Below are positions 29,469 through 39,996 of a stretch of DNA of 64,000 nucleotides, piece after piece (position 1 is the first letter of the stretch; each line of letters starts with the position of its first letter). The position numbers and the translations under genes were made by a program. The stretch is from an uncultured Acidimicrobiaceae bacterium (GTDB lineage Bacteria > Actinomycetota > Acidimicrobiia > Acidimicrobiales > RAAP-2). Location of the stretch: positions 3,980 to 67,979 of the forward strand of contig CAWITA010000034.1 in the NCBI GenBank assembly GCA_963838835.1, given 5' to 3'. The notes beneath the pieces were generated by a model. That model worked only from the letters and a program-made list of their open reading frames with translations. It made no database searches and was not told the origin of the DNA.

Positions 29469-31016
29469 CTAGAGCGGGACCTCGATCAGCGTCGGACCCG
29501 ACTCGGCGAACCCCGCGTCGAGCGCCCTCGTGAGTTCCTCTGCGTTCTCCACCCGACGCGCCGGCACTCCCATGCCGCGCGCGAGGCCGCAGAAGTCGAG
29601 TTCTGGATCGGTCAGGTCGAGCAATCGGCGCGACAACGGGCCACCACCGTCTGCGCCCACCCGGTGCAGCTCCATGTTCAAGATCGCGTAGCTGCGATTG
29701 GACAGGACGACCGTGGTGACATTGAGCGCTTCGCGGGCTTGGGTCCAAAGCGCCTGCAGCGTGTACATCGCACTTCCGTCCGCCTCGAGGCAGAGCACCG
29801 GCCGGTCCGGTGCGGCCACGGCCGCGCCGGTGGCCATGGGAAGGCCGATCCCGATGGCGCCCCCCGTAAGCGTCAGCCAGTCATGCCGCGGCGCCCCGGC
29901 CGTCGCAGCCGAGACGAAGAGACCCGACGTGTTGCCCTCGTCCACCACGATGGTGCCCTCGGGCAGCGTGGCGCCCACCGCGGCGGCCAGTGACTCCGTG
30001 CTCAGTCCACCGGTGGGCCGCTCGGGCCGGACCGAGGGCGCCGGCACTCCGGCGTCCTCGCGGGCCCCGACGACCTCCGCCAGACTCTCCAGCGCGCTCG
30101 CCGCATCCTCGCCGGGTCGTACCAGGGTGTGCACGGTGCAGCCGGCAGGGACGAGGTCGCTCGCCTTGCCGGGATAGGCAAAGAACGAAACGGGGGATTT
30201 GGCGTCGACCAGCACCAGCTGGCGCACCCCATCGAGCTGGGCCTGGGCCATCTCGGCGAGGTAGGCCAACCGTTCGACCGCCGGGATGCCCGCCCCCCGC
30301 TCCAGGTTGGCCGGGAATGTCTCACCGAGGAGCGCGGCATCGGTCGTTGCGGCCACCCGACTGGCGGCGTGCAGGCCGTCGGCCCGCAGCGCGGCCCCGC
30401 CGAGTAACAGGGCCGCCTTCTCGCCCGAGCGCAGCGCCTTGGCCACCTCTTCGACGGTGTCGGACGGGACCACGGAGGGCCGGCCCCGCGGCCGCGGCGG
30501 GCAGGGGCCGGAGCGCGACTCCGACCACGATGCGTCCGCGGGCAACACCAGCGTGGCCACGCGGCCCGGCGGCCCCAGCGCGGCGGCGACCGCGTCGACC
30601 GCGTCGCCCGCCACGTCGTCGGCGCGGGCCGTCGAGCGGTACCACCCCGAGACTGCGCCGGCGATCGATGCGATGTCGGATTGGAGAGGTGCGTCGTAGC
30701 GAGCGTGGTACGTCGCGTGGTCACCCACGATGTTCACGATCGGCGTGCGAGCGCGCCGCGCGTTGTGCAAGTTGGCCAAGCCATTGCCGAGTCCCGGCCC
30801 GAGGTGGAGCAGCGTGGCCGCCGGCTGCGCTGCGACGCGCCCGTAGCCGTCGGCCGCGCCGGTGACCACTCCTTCGAAGAGACACAGGACCCCGCGCATG
30901 GCGGGGACGTCGTCGAGTGCGGCGACGAAGTGCATCTCGGAGGTCCCGGGGTTGGCGAAGCACACGTCGACGCCGGCATCGACGAGCGTCGAGAGGAGGG
31001 CGCGGGCGCCGTTCAC
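29469..31016 (-). CDS. Thiamine-pyrophosphate-dependent enzyme (acetolactate synthase large-subunit-like family)
   Basis: VNGARALLSTLVDAGVDVCFANPGTSEMHF...GPGLGNGLANLHNARRARTPIVNIVGDH...GGAIGIGLPMATGAAVA...CLEADGSAMYTLQALWT, the N- and C-terminal TPP-binding signatures. GTG 31016 overlaps the upstream stop (GTGA). The upstream 280 aa of the track ORF is read-through. Confidence 0.85.
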   Translation of the reverse strand: MNGARALLSTLVDAGVDVCFANPGTSEMHFVAALDDVPAMRGVLCLFEGVVTGAADGYGRVAAQPAATLLHLGPGLGNGLANLHNARRARTPIVNIVGDHATYHARYDAPLQSDIASIAGAVSGWYRSTARADDVAGDAVDAVAAALGPPGRVATLVLPADASWSESRSGPCPPRPRGRPSVVPSDTVEEVAKALRSGEKAALLLGGAALRADGLHAASRVAATTDAALLGETFPANLERGAGIPAVERLAYLAEMAQAQLDGVRQLVLVDAKSPVSFFAYPGKASDLVPAGCTVHTLVRPGEDAASALESLAEVVGAREDAGVPAPSVRPERPTGGLSTESLAAAVGATLPEGTIVVDEGNTSGLFVSAATAGAPRHDWLTLTGGAIGIGLPMATGAAVAAPDRPVLCLEADGSAMYTLQALWTQAREALNVTTVVLSNRSYAILNMELHRVGADGGGPLSRRLLDLTDPELDFCGLARGMGVPARRVENAEELTRALDAGFAESGPTLIEVPL

Positions 31017-32410
31017 TCGGACTCTCCCGAACGCACGACGCCGAGGACCCGGTCTGGCCCGAGAATCCCCTGCGGGTCGAAGACGCGCTTGATCGAGCGC
31101 ATCAGCTCGAGTGACACCGGGTCCTGCATCTCGATGAAGTAGGGCAGCTTCGCTGTCCCGATCCCGTGTTCGCCCGAGATGGCGCCGCCGGCGGCCAGGG
31201 CCAGCTCGAAGCTGGCGTGCATGAGCGCGTGCCGTCGCTCGTCGTCGGGCTGGAAGACCGAGATGTGGACATTGCCGTCCCCGATGTGCCCGCAGCCGGT
31301 GACCAGCGCGCCGTGCTCCTGGGCCAGAACGGCGACCTGGGCCAGGTAGTCGGGGATGGTCGCCCGGGGGATCACCGCGTCGATGAGGTCGTCGCAGCCG
31401 GCCGCCTTGCCCACGAAGAAGGCCCGCTCCCGTGCCGTAATGAGCTGGGAGCCCGACGCGGCCGGGAGAACGTAGACGTCGAGCGCCCCCAGCTCGTCGA
31501 GCAGCGTGCCCAACCGCTGGACGTCCTCTTCCACCCGGTCGGCCTCCATGCCTTCCAGCACGACGACGAGGTAGGCGAGCGTGCGCGCTCTGACGTCCTC
31601 GGGGACGCCGAGGTCGAGGCCGGCCGCTTTGGTGATACCGCCCATCACCATGACGTCCACGTACTCGAGGATGGAGGGGTCGATGCCGCTGTGCACGATG
31701 TGCGGCACGGCCCGCGCCACCTCGGCCAGGGTTGCGAAGGGGGCCAGGACGGTGGACGAAGCGCTGAAGCGGGGCTGGACCTTCACCGTGACCTCGGTGG
31801 TGATGGCGAGGGTGCCCTCGGAGCCGATGAGCAGTTGGGTGAGGTCGTAGCCGCTCGAGCACTTGACGAACTTGCCCCCCGTGCGCAGCACAGTGCCATC
31901 GGCCAGCACAACCTCGAGGCCAAGGACGTGGTGGCGGGTCACGCCGTAGCGGACGGCGCGCATGCCGCCGGCGTTGGTGGCCACGTTCCCGCCGAGCGAG
32001 CCGCTCTGCTCGCCTGGGGAGACCGGGTAAATGAGGCCGAGCGGTGCGAGCGCGCCGTTGAGCTGCTCGAGCGTCACGCCGGGCTCCACGACGGCGACCT
32101 GGTTCTCGGTGTCGATCTCGCGGATGCGCTTCATGCGGTCGAAGGCCAGCAGGATGCCGTCGGCTACCGGGACCGCCGCCCCGGAGAGGCCGGTGCCGCT
32201 GCCGCGGGCGACCACGGGCACCGCGTGTTCGCTCGCGAGCTTCAAGACCTCGGAGACCTCGTCGGTCGATCCCGGCAGCACGACGGCGAGGGGGACCACG
32301 GGCACCGTGGTGAGCGCCTCGTCGTGGGTGTAGTCCGCGTGGATTGACTCGCCGGCGACGACATGGTTTTCGCCGACCGCCTTGCGCAGCTGTTCCATGA
32401 GTTCCGACAT
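31013..32410 (-). CDS. FAD-linked oxidase (GlcD / D-lactate dehydrogenase family)
   Basis: MSELMEQLRKAVG...VVLPGSTDEVSEVLKLASEHAVPVVARGSGTGLSGAAVP...SGEHGIGTAKLPYF. This is the C-terminal 465 aa of the 1596-aa read-through track ORF. ATG at 32410. Confidence 0.88.
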   Translation of the reverse strand: MSELMEQLRKAVGENHVVAGESIHADYTHDEALTTVPVVPLAVVLPGSTDEVSEVLKLASEHAVPVVARGSGTGLSGAAVPVADGILLAFDRMKRIREIDTENQVAVVEPGVTLEQLNGALAPLGLIYPVSPGEQSGSLGGNVATNAGGMRAVRYGVTRHHVLGLEVVLADGTVLRTGGKFVKCSSGYDLTQLLIGSEGTLAITTEVTVKVQPRFSASSTVLAPFATLAEVARAVPHIVHSGIDPSILEYVDVMVMGGITKAAGLDLGVPEDVRARTLAYLVVVLEGMEADRVEEDVQRLGTLLDELGALDVYVLPAASGSQLITARERAFFVGKAAGCDDLIDAVIPRATIPDYLAQVAVLAQEHGALVTGCGHIGDGNVHISVFQPDDERRHALMHASFELALAAGGAISGEHGIGTAKLPYFIEMQDPVSLELMRSIKRVFDPQGILGPDRVLGVVRSGESE

Positions 32411-32508
32411 CGGACGGGCCACCCCCACCTCGGGTCGATCGAGCAGGACGACCTTACCGGTCGCGGCTCGTGGGATCCCCGAGGCCACCTCGCCCCCTCG
32501 CGGCCTGG

Positions 32509-34162
32509 CTAGGACGGGCCGGGTCCGGTGGCTTCCGCCGCCTCGGCGAGCCGGGCCCGCAGCTCGGCGACCCGGACCGAGACCTCCGCCGCCGCCGTCG
32601 GCGCCGCCTCCTTCTCGAGCTGTGCGATCGTCCGCTCGATGGGCGCCAGCCACGGGCTCGGCCCCTGCGCCGGGCCGCGCCGCCCCGCCTCGTCGGCGGA
32701 GGACTCGAACCAGCTGCACCACAGCTCTTCTTCGGAACGAGTCAACGCGACGTAGAGGAGTCGCCGCTCCTCGTCGATGGCCGCGGGCGTCTGGGCCGAC
32801 GCAATGGGCATCAGCCCGGCGCCGAGCCCGAGCACGATGACGGTCGGCCACTGCAGGCCCTTGGCGCGGTGGAAGGTGGTGAGCACCACACGGTCGCGGT
32901 CCGCTGGGTCCGCCCACGCGGTCAGTTCCTCGTCGTCGCGATCCTGACCCCGCCGCCCGCCCTCGGAGCGCAGGTCCGACGCCGGGCCCAGGTCCGCGCC
33001 GGCGATCATGCTCGGCACCCGCGCCCCGTCCATGGTCGCCTGCACCTTGGCCAGCTGCGCGTTGGTGCGCGTCAGCACGGCGATGCTCGACCACCGCCGC
33101 CCCGGCGCGCGCGACAGCTTCGCCCGTTGCGCCACCCAGGCCGCCTCGTCGTCGTCGGTGGCGTGCGAGACCACCTTCGGCACCGGCCCGTCGACGCGCG
33201 TCGTGCGGGGCGCCACCACCTCCTCGGCCGTGCCGAAGGCGCCGCCCTCTCGCAGCACCGCCGTCGCCACTGCCACCACCTGCGGCGTGCAGCGGTGGTT
33301 CTCGTCCAGGCGGATCACCTTGGTGCCCCGGAGGAGGTCGGGCAGCCGGTCGAGCAGGGTCGGATCGGCCCCGTTGAAGCCGTAGACCGATTGGTTGGGG
33401 TCGCCCACGACGAAGAGGTCGGGCTCGTCGGCCAGCATGGCGGTCAGTAAGCGGAACTGGGCCGGGTTCACGTCCTGCATCTCGTCGACGAAGAGGTGCC
33501 GGGTGCGCCAGCGGATGGAGTCGGCAAACTCGCGGTCGCCCGCCAAGGCGTCGGCGCAGGCGACGATCAGGTCGTCGAAGTCGAGCAGACGTCGCCGCGC
33601 CCGCTCCGCCTCGTAGCGCGGCGTACGCGTCGGCAACTTGTCCGGCGCTCATCCCGCTGCGGCGGCGCTGGCGCCGCGACTCGGATTCGTAGCGCTCGGG
33701 CGACACGAGGCGTGCCTTGGCCCAGCCGATCTCGCCGTCGAGGGCCCGGGTTCGGCGCGGGTCGCCGGTCATCACGTCAGCCAGCAGGCGTCGGCGGTCC
33801 GGCAGGAGTTGCGGTAGCGGGCGCCCCCGCAGTTCGCGGTGCTCGCGCAAGAGGCCGAGCGCCGTGCGGTGGAAGGTGCCCGCCTTCACCCCCGAGACGC
33901 CCAGCGAGTACAGGCGGGTGCGCAGCTCGTCGGCCGCCTTGCGGCTGAACGTGGTGACCAGGGTGCGATCGGGCTCGATGGTGGCCTCGCGTACCCGCCG
34001 CGCCACCCGCAAGGTCAGGACCCGCGTCTTGCCGGCCCCGGCCCCGGCCACGACGCAGAGCAGTGGTTCGTCCGACTCGATGGCTTCGCGCTGGGTCGGC
34101 GTGAGGCGATTGGCTCCAGGCAGGGCCTCCCAGGTGTCGCGCTCCAAGCCCTCGAACGTCAT
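32509..34162 (-). CDS. UvrD/PcrA-family (SF1) DNA helicase, about 550 aa, frame broken near 33616-33622
   Basis: Motifs in order: I AGAGAGKT, Ia TFSRKAADEL, II FVDEMQDV, III VVGDPNQSVYGF, V TFHRAKGLQWP, VI RRLLYVALTRS. The N-terminal part is in the 31013..35803 track frame and the C-terminal part in 32509..33636. The junction GCGTACGCCGCGCTACGAG reads AYARYEAERARRRLLDFDDL if one base is removed. Confidence 0.85.
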
Positions 34163-34270
34163 GACCACACTCCGCACGGTACAGAAGGGGTGCGCGCAGC
34201 ACCCGCCGGACCTGCGCCTATCGTGGCCGACCGAGGCCGCGGGCGCCCATCGTGGGGGAGGAGCAGGCAG

Positions 34271-35701
34271 ATGGCCCAGCTGGAGCGGGAGTGCGAGGTC
34301 GTCGTGGTCGGCGCCGGGTACTCGGGCCTGGCCGCCGCTCGTCTCCTGGCCCGGGCGGGTGTCGAGGTGCTGGTGCTCGACGCCCGCCACCGGGTCGGCG
34401 GGCGCTCCTTCACCGACGTGACGGCGGCCGGGTTCACCATCGACCGCGGCGGCCAGTGGATCGGCCCCACGCAAGAGCATCTGGCCGCGCTCGCCGCCGA
34501 ATTGGGTGTCGCCACTTTCCCCACCTACACCACCGGGCAGGGCGTGGAGCTGCGCGACGGAAAGCGGGAGCTCTACGTCGGCCTGATCCCGACTTCGGAC
34601 CCGCACGGTGCCGCCGACGGCATCGCCTGCATGCTCGACCTCGACCTCGCCGCCTTCGAGGTTCCCCTGCAGACACCGTGGGACGCCCCAGGCGCCGCCG
34701 GCCTCGATGCGCAGACGCTCGCCACCTGGCTCGACACCCACCTCGAGTCGCCCTCCGCCCGCGCCATCCTGGAGGTGGCCGTCAAGGCCATCTTCGGCAC
34801 CGGCTCCGGCGAGCTCTCGCTCCTGTTCACCCTCTTCTATCTGCACGCCGGGGGCGGGCTCACGAACCTCGCCCGCACGACCGGCGGCGCGCAAGAGGGG
34901 CGTTTCGCCGGCGGCTCGCAGCAGCTGGCCGAGGGCATGGCGGCCGAGCTGGGGCAGCGCGTCGTGCTGGGCGCGCCCGTCGAGACGGTCGCCCACGGCA
35001 ACGACCATGTGACCCTGGGGGCGCGGCTCGTCGCACCCGAAGCCGACCCAGCAGACCCAGCCGCCGCCCATCGGCCGCTGCGGGTGCGCGCCCGGCGCGC
35101 CGTCTTCGCCATGTCGCCAACGCTCTGCGCGCGCCTCACCTACACTCCGGCGCTGCCAGGGCGGCGGGACCAGCTCTGCCAGCGCATGCCCATGGGCGCG
35201 GTGACCAAGGTCCATGTGTTCTACGACGAGCCCTTCTGGCGTGACGAAGGGCTCAACGGTCAGATCGTCGCTCCCGGCGGGGTCATGGAGAGCACGTTCG
35301 ACAACTCGCCCGAGGACGGCTGGCACGGCGCCATCGTCGGCTTCATTGCCGGCGACGACTGCCGGCGCATGGAGGCCGCCGGGCCCGAGGCCCGCCGAAG
35401 CGCCATCCTGGCCGACCTCGAGCGTGCCTTCGGTCCGCGGGCACGCGCGCCGGTCGAGATCGTCGAGCAGCACTGGCCGGCCGAGCCTTTCACCCGCGGC
35501 GGTCCGGTCGCCGTGGGCGTCCCTGGCGCGCTCACGGCCCTGGGGCCGGCGCTGCGCGAGCCGGTGGGCCGTCTGCACTGGGCGGGTACGGAGACGGCGA
35601 CGCAGTGGTGCGGCTACCTCGACGGCGCGCTCTCGGCCGGCATGCGCGCCGCCGACGAGGTGCTGCACGCGCTGAACGGGGAGCCCGTTGGCGTCGACTG
35701 A
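34271..35701 (+). CDS. Flavin-containing amine oxidase (monoamine oxidase family)
   Basis: MAQLERECEVVVVGAGYSGLAAARLLARAGVEVLVLDARHRVGGR (dinucleotide fold plus the amine oxidase signature). The C-terminus has WAGTETATQWCGYLDGALSAG. ATG at 34271. Confidence 0.88.
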   Translation: MAQLERECEVVVVGAGYSGLAAARLLARAGVEVLVLDARHRVGGRSFTDVTAAGFTIDRGGQWIGPTQEHLAALAAELGVATFPTYTTGQGVELRDGKRELYVGLIPTSDPHGAADGIACMLDLDLAAFEVPLQTPWDAPGAAGLDAQTLATWLDTHLESPSARAILEVAVKAIFGTGSGELSLLFTLFYLHAGGGLTNLARTTGGAQEGRFAGGSQQLAEGMAAELGQRVVLGAPVETVAHGNDHVTLGARLVAPEADPADPAAAHRPLRVRARRAVFAMSPTLCARLTYTPALPGRRDQLCQRMPMGAVTKVHVFYDEPFWRDEGLNGQIVAPGGVMESTFDNSPEDGWHGAIVGFIAGDDCRRMEAAGPEARRSAILADLERAFGPRARAPVEIVEQHWPAEPFTRGGPVAVGVPGALTALGPALREPVGRLHWAGTETATQWCGYLDGALSAGMRAADEVLHALNGEPVGVD

Positions 35702-36047
35702 GGAGCTCCTCGAGGCATACGCCGAATGGCGCAGCCGCAGCAATGCCAACTCCCGCCTGACCAAGATGGTGCAGGGCTGGGACCGCGTCATCCACTTCAC
35801 CACGACCGATACCGCGCAGGGCTACACGATGCGCGTGGTGGACCAGCAGCTCTCCGAGCTCGCGGTCGGCCACGAAGATCGGCCCGACGTCGTGGTGACC
35901 GGGAGCAGCGAGGACTTCTGCGACATGTTCTGGGGAGACCTCAACCCTTCGGAGAAGTACATGTCGGGTGAGATCACGTTGTTGGGCTCCCAGCAGGATG
36001 TCATGCGGATCGACGCCATCTCTCTGGTGGCCTTCCTCGACAGCTGA
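35688..36047 (+). CDS. SCP2 sterol-carrier-like domain protein (119 aa)
   Basis: ...GYTMRVVDQQLSELAVGHEDRPDVVVTGSSEDFCDMFWGDLNPSEKYMSGEITLLGSQQDVMRI, a typical SCP2 C-terminal pattern. The TTG start overlaps the amine oxidase end by 14 nt, so the start is uncertain. Confidence 0.65.
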   Translation: MASTEELLEAYAEWRSRSNANSRLTKMVQGWDRVIHFTTTDTAQGYTMRVVDQQLSELAVGHEDRPDVVVTGSSEDFCDMFWGDLNPSEKYMSGEITLLGSQQDVMRIDAISLVAFLDS

Positions 36048-36060
36048 ACCACCCACGACT

Positions 36061-37446
36061 GTGACCGACAGCGCCCTCGCGTCCCGGGCCACGCTGCGCC
36101 GTGCGCTGGGCCTGCGCACCGTCGTCGCCACGTCGACCGGACTTGCCTTCGCCGCGCTGGAGTACCTGGCGGCCGCGGGCCTGGTGGCCTATGTGGGAGG
36201 CGACTCCGCCTACATCCCCATCATCGTCGCCGGAGTCCTCGCCTTGGTGGCCTACGGCTTCTTCGGCGAGCTGAACGGGATGTTCCCGACCGCCGCCGCC
36301 ATCCGGCTCTACATGAAACGGGCCATGGACGACCGCGCCGCGCTGACCATCACCTTTACCTACATGACGACGATCGTGCTCGTGATCGCCGCCGACGCCT
36401 TCATCGTCGGGAGTGCGCTGGCCCACGCGTTCGGCGAGCCGGCATGGGTCGCCTCCCTGTGGATCGTCGGGCTGCTCGCAGTCGCCGTGGTGACCAACCT
36501 GCGCGGCATCACCGTGGCCGGCCTCCTCCAGGACCTGGCCACTTCCGTCGTCGTGGTAGCCACGCTCGTCGTCGGCCTCCTGGCCCTGGTGCACAGCGGC
36601 CACGGCCTCCATACCCCGTTCCAGCCTCTCCGCGGCCACAGCCCCGGTGACTTCTTGGAGGCGGTCGCGCTCGGGGTGTTCCTCTACAGCGCGTTCGAGT
36701 GGGTGACGACGAGCGCCGAGGAGGTCCGGAAGCCGGCTTCGATCAACCGCGGCATGCTGATCGCCATCGCCATCCTCTGCGTCGTCTGCTCGGTGGCGAC
36801 CGTCGCCATGAGCCACACCCTGACCCACAACGAGCTCACGTCCTCCTACCCGCAGCTCTACCTCGGCATCGCGGCCATCGGGCACTCGGGGTTGTGGGTG
36901 ATGGCAGCCGTCACCGCGGTGACGGCCCTCAACACCTTCAACGGCGGGTTCATCACGGCGTCGCGCTTCATCTACGGCACCGCCCGCGAGGGTTCGCTGC
37001 CCCGCCAACTCGCGCGTCTGAACGACCGCGCCGTGCCGTGGGTGCCCGTCGTGGTGCTCGGCGCGGTCTCCGCCGTGGTTGCGCTGATCGTCGCGGTCAC
37101 CCACGCCTGGCAGGTCCTCGTCGCGGTGGGGGCGGCGCTCGAGGCGATGATCTACGGCGTGGCGGGCGTGTGCGCCCTGCGGTTGCGCAGACGCCAGCCC
37201 GACACCCCACGCCCGTTCCGGGTGCGCGGCCTGGCCGTCCTCGGTCCGCTCGGCATCGTGGTGTTCGGCCTGCTGGCGCTCACGGCGTCGTTCTCGGTGC
37301 AGGATCGCTTCAATCCCGCTCCGTTCGTGATCATCATCGTGGCCGCGGCATCGAGCGCGTTCTACGTCCTGCGGGTCCTGCCCGGCATCAAGAACCGAGA
37401 AGCGGCGCGCCGGGCCGCTCGGCCCCGTCGGCGCCCGCTTGGATGA
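36061..37446 (+). CDS. APC-superfamily amino acid/polyamine permease
   Basis: About 12 predicted TM segments. The N-terminus ...LGLRTVVATSTGLAFAALEYLAAAG...GELNGMFPTAAAIRLY is typical of APC transporters. GTG 36061. Confidence 0.8.
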   Translation: MTDSALASRATLRRALGLRTVVATSTGLAFAALEYLAAAGLVAYVGGDSAYIPIIVAGVLALVAYGFFGELNGMFPTAAAIRLYMKRAMDDRAALTITFTYMTTIVLVIAADAFIVGSALAHAFGEPAWVASLWIVGLLAVAVVTNLRGITVAGLLQDLATSVVVVATLVVGLLALVHSGHGLHTPFQPLRGHSPGDFLEAVALGVFLYSAFEWVTTSAEEVRKPASINRGMLIAIAILCVVCSVATVAMSHTLTHNELTSSYPQLYLGIAAIGHSGLWVMAAVTAVTALNTFNGGFITASRFIYGTAREGSLPRQLARLNDRAVPWVPVVVLGAVSAVVALIVAVTHAWQVLVAVGAALEAMIYGVAGVCALRLRRRQPDTPRPFRVRGLAVLGPLGIVVFGLLALTASFSVQDRFNPAPFVIIIVAAASSAFYVLRVLPGIKNREAARRAARPRRRPLG

Positions 37447-37617
37447 TCCGCAAAGACCATCGACACTACGCCGGCGAAGCAAGCCGCCGAGCTGCCCCGA
37501 GTTGTCCCGGAGTTGTGTGTAGTTGGATTCCAATGGCTCTACTGGGCTCCGACCGTCCACCGTCAGAGTTCTTGACATGGTGCGGCGGCGGGTGCGGCGG
37601 AAGGCCGCCCGGTAGAC

Positions 37618-38733
37618 GTGCCAGACGACGGTCACGGACCCGTCAACCCCTCGGACCGGGAAAGGGCCCCCGGTTGGTATGGGGTCGCGGGCAATCCCAA
37701 CCACCAGTCCTACTGGACGGGCGCCGGATGGTCCGGTCAGAGGCGATGGAGTGCCGGGGTCGGTTGGCACGACCTGAGCGTGCCCGTCGGTGACCCTGAA
37801 CCAGGAACGCCAGACGGACACCGGCCGTCCACGCGGAGAGGGGTTGGCCTGGGCATCCTTGGGAAGCCCTGGATCCTCACGACCGTTGGCCTGATTCTCA
37901 TCGCGATCGGCTGGGGAGGCGGTCACATCGCGCGCACCCAGAACAATCTGCCCGGACTGGTCGTGAACGCTCGTGCGTCGGGGATGGTCGCCACCGCCAC
38001 CGGTGACGGCAACGCCCAGCCATCCGAGGTGCTACCCGGGGCCTACGGGCTCTCCGGCCTCGGAAAATCCGCGGCGGTCTTTCCGACAACGCCGACGATC
38101 TTCCTCCCCCCCTTGGCTCTGACCAACTTTGGCATCGAGACGGGTACAGAGGCGGCCTACTGGAAGGTGTGGTGGAGCGCGTCAAGACAGGTCAAGGAAG
38201 TGGTCTCGCTGCAACAGGACACCTACTCCTCATCGGCGGAGACTGAGTTGCACGATCTGATCGGACAGATCGGCAACACCGCAAACTTCAACACCGCCTC
38301 AATCCGGTTCACTCGGTTCACGTCGTTCGAGCTACCCGGCATACCGGGCGCAACCGGCTACCTGTGGGAGGGGACCGAGCACCCGTCAAACGTCCCTCTG
38401 CCCATTGAGTTTCGTTTTGCCATGTTCGATCGGAACTCGGTCGTGGCATTGGTCTCGATGACCGCCTACAGGCGAACGACGGACCTCAACGCATTTCTGG
38501 CCTTCGCCTATTCGGAGTACGCCAGCATGTCCGCGCAGCCTGACATCGCAGCCGAGGTTGCTCTCTTCGTGGTGGTCGGCCTCTGCGGCTTCGGGCTGGT
38601 GACCTTGGGTATCGTCCTCGAGGTGCGGAACCGCCGCAAGCGCGCAAAAGACGCGCCGGGACTGCCACAGTGGGCCGCCCCCCGATCTCCTCAGGGCGCG
38701 CCGACCGCGCCGCAAGCTGGGCAGCTCGTGTAA
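37618..38733 (+). CDS. Membrane protein with N-terminal DUF2510-like motif
   Basis: PGWYGVAGNPNHQSYWTGAGWSG matches the GWY.DP....RYWDG..W pattern of DUF2510. There are two TM segments, WILTTVGLILIAIGW and VALFVVVGLCGFGLVTLGIVL. Confidence 0.6.
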   Translation: MPDDGHGPVNPSDRERAPGWYGVAGNPNHQSYWTGAGWSGQRRWSAGVGWHDLSVPVGDPEPGTPDGHRPSTRRGVGLGILGKPWILTTVGLILIAIGWGGGHIARTQNNLPGLVVNARASGMVATATGDGNAQPSEVLPGAYGLSGLGKSAAVFPTTPTIFLPPLALTNFGIETGTEAAYWKVWWSASRQVKEVVSLQQDTYSSSAETELHDLIGQIGNTANFNTASIRFTRFTSFELPGIPGATGYLWEGTEHPSNVPLPIEFRFAMFDRNSVVALVSMTAYRRTTDLNAFLAFAYSEYASMSAQPDIAAEVALFVVVGLCGFGLVTLGIVLEVRNRRKRAKDAPGLPQWAAPRSPQGAPTAPQAGQLV

Positions 38734-38879
38734 ATCGAAGGACCGGCCCGGCCCGGCCCGGGGCGATGGCGATGGCGATGGCGAGATGGCTGCCAAGATC
38801 GTCGGACGGTGAAGTCGGCGGAGTCCGTTTCGGGCTGCATCACCGGGCCTCGCCGCGCGGCTGGGTGATACGGGGGACG

Positions 38880-39963
38880 CTAGGGGTCCGGGACCACCCG
38901 GTGGGTCCGGAGCATCCGCCGCCGGGCGTGCCGGGCTCGGGCCAGGGCGACCAATTCCTCGAGGACCGTCTGGAATGCCAGGCCGTCGGCCTCCCAGAGC
39001 ATGGGGAACATGGAGATGGGAGTGAAGCCCGGCATCGTGTTGACCTCGTTGACCACGATCTCGTCGTCATCGGCCAGGAACAGGTCGACACGCGCCAGTC
39101 CTTCCACTCGTAAGGCCCGGTAGGCGGCGGACGCCACGCGCTGGGCGTGGGCCAGCTGCGTGTCCGTGAGGTCGGTTGGTGCGACGATCTCGGCGGCCCC
39201 CAGTACGTATTTGTCGTCGTAGTCGTAGAACTCCCGGCTCGCGATGATCTCGCCGGCGAGCGACACACGGACCTCTTCGTTGCCCATGAGCGCGAGCTCG
39301 AGCTCGCGGCCCCGAACGAACTCCTCGAGGATCACGTGGTCGTCGAACTCGAAGGCCGAGAGCACCGCGTCGCCCAGAGCCGCGGCGTCGAAAACCTTGG
39401 CGACGCCGATCGACGACCCGAGGTTGGCCGGTTTCACGAAGACCGGCAGGCCGAGCGCCGCCACCGCCTCCTCCCTCACCTGGGCCGACCACGCGGGGCG
39501 GGCCGCCACTCGCCACGCTGCGACCGGGAGCCCGTGGTCGTGCAACACCGCCTTGGCGATCCCCTTGTCCATGCAGATGGCGGAGGAGAGCACGCCGGCC
39601 CCGACGTAGGGCACCTGCAGCGACTCGAGGTGTCCCTGGATCACGCCGTCCTCACCGAAAGGCCCGTGGAGCACGGGGAACACGACGGCGCCTGGTGGGA
39701 GCGCGTCGACGAGATGCGCGAGCGCAGTGCCAGGATGATGCCGGACGAGATCGTCGGGGGAGGCCAGCGCGTCGACGTCGTCGATGTCGGCGAGGACCTG
39801 TTCGGCGTCGACGAACTGCTTGTCGTGGGTGAGCCCGATCACCTTCACCGCGAACCCGGCCTCGAGCGCGGCTGCGTACGATGCGGCGCGCCGAGATGCA
39901 CGAGATCTCGTGCTCTGCCGACGGCCCCCCGTAGACGACGGCCAACACTCCCGGACCAGGCAT
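38880..39963 (-). CDS. ddl: D-alanine--D-alanine ligase, frame broken near 39876-39890
   Basis: The N-terminus MPGPGVLAVVYGGPSAEHEISCISARR (track 39652..39963) continues in track 38880..40085 as ...AAALEAGFAVKVIGLT...VFPVLHGPFGEDGVIQG...LPVFVKPANLGSSIGV...EVNTMPGFTPISMFP. The two frames join with one base removed. Confidence 0.88.
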
Positions 39964-39996
39964 CGACCGAGGCTACAATCGGTCCCGAGGGCATGC

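Noticed and set aside
31013-35803. 1596-aa minus-strand ORF that looks like a giant gene.
   Set aside because: It is a read-through concatenation. Only its C-terminal 465 aa (FAD oxidase, 31013-32410) and the segment 33.6-34.16 kb (helicase N-terminus) have real motifs. The rest is antisense to the amine oxidase gene or in the wrong frame of the helicase.
38742-38790. Microsatellite-like (GGCCC)x3 and (GCGATG)x3-4 in the convergent gap between the DUF2510 gene and ddl.
   Set aside because: Low-complexity GC-rich intergenic sequence with no evidence of function. Noted only for completeness.
39964-39996. TACAAT hexamer (39974-39979) in the 33-bp ddl-murF divergent spacer as a -10 box.
   Set aside because: It is plausible: it lies 17 nt before the murF GTG, with GAGGG in between. 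But a single hexamer without an identifiable -35 or mapping data is not enough to annotate a promoter.
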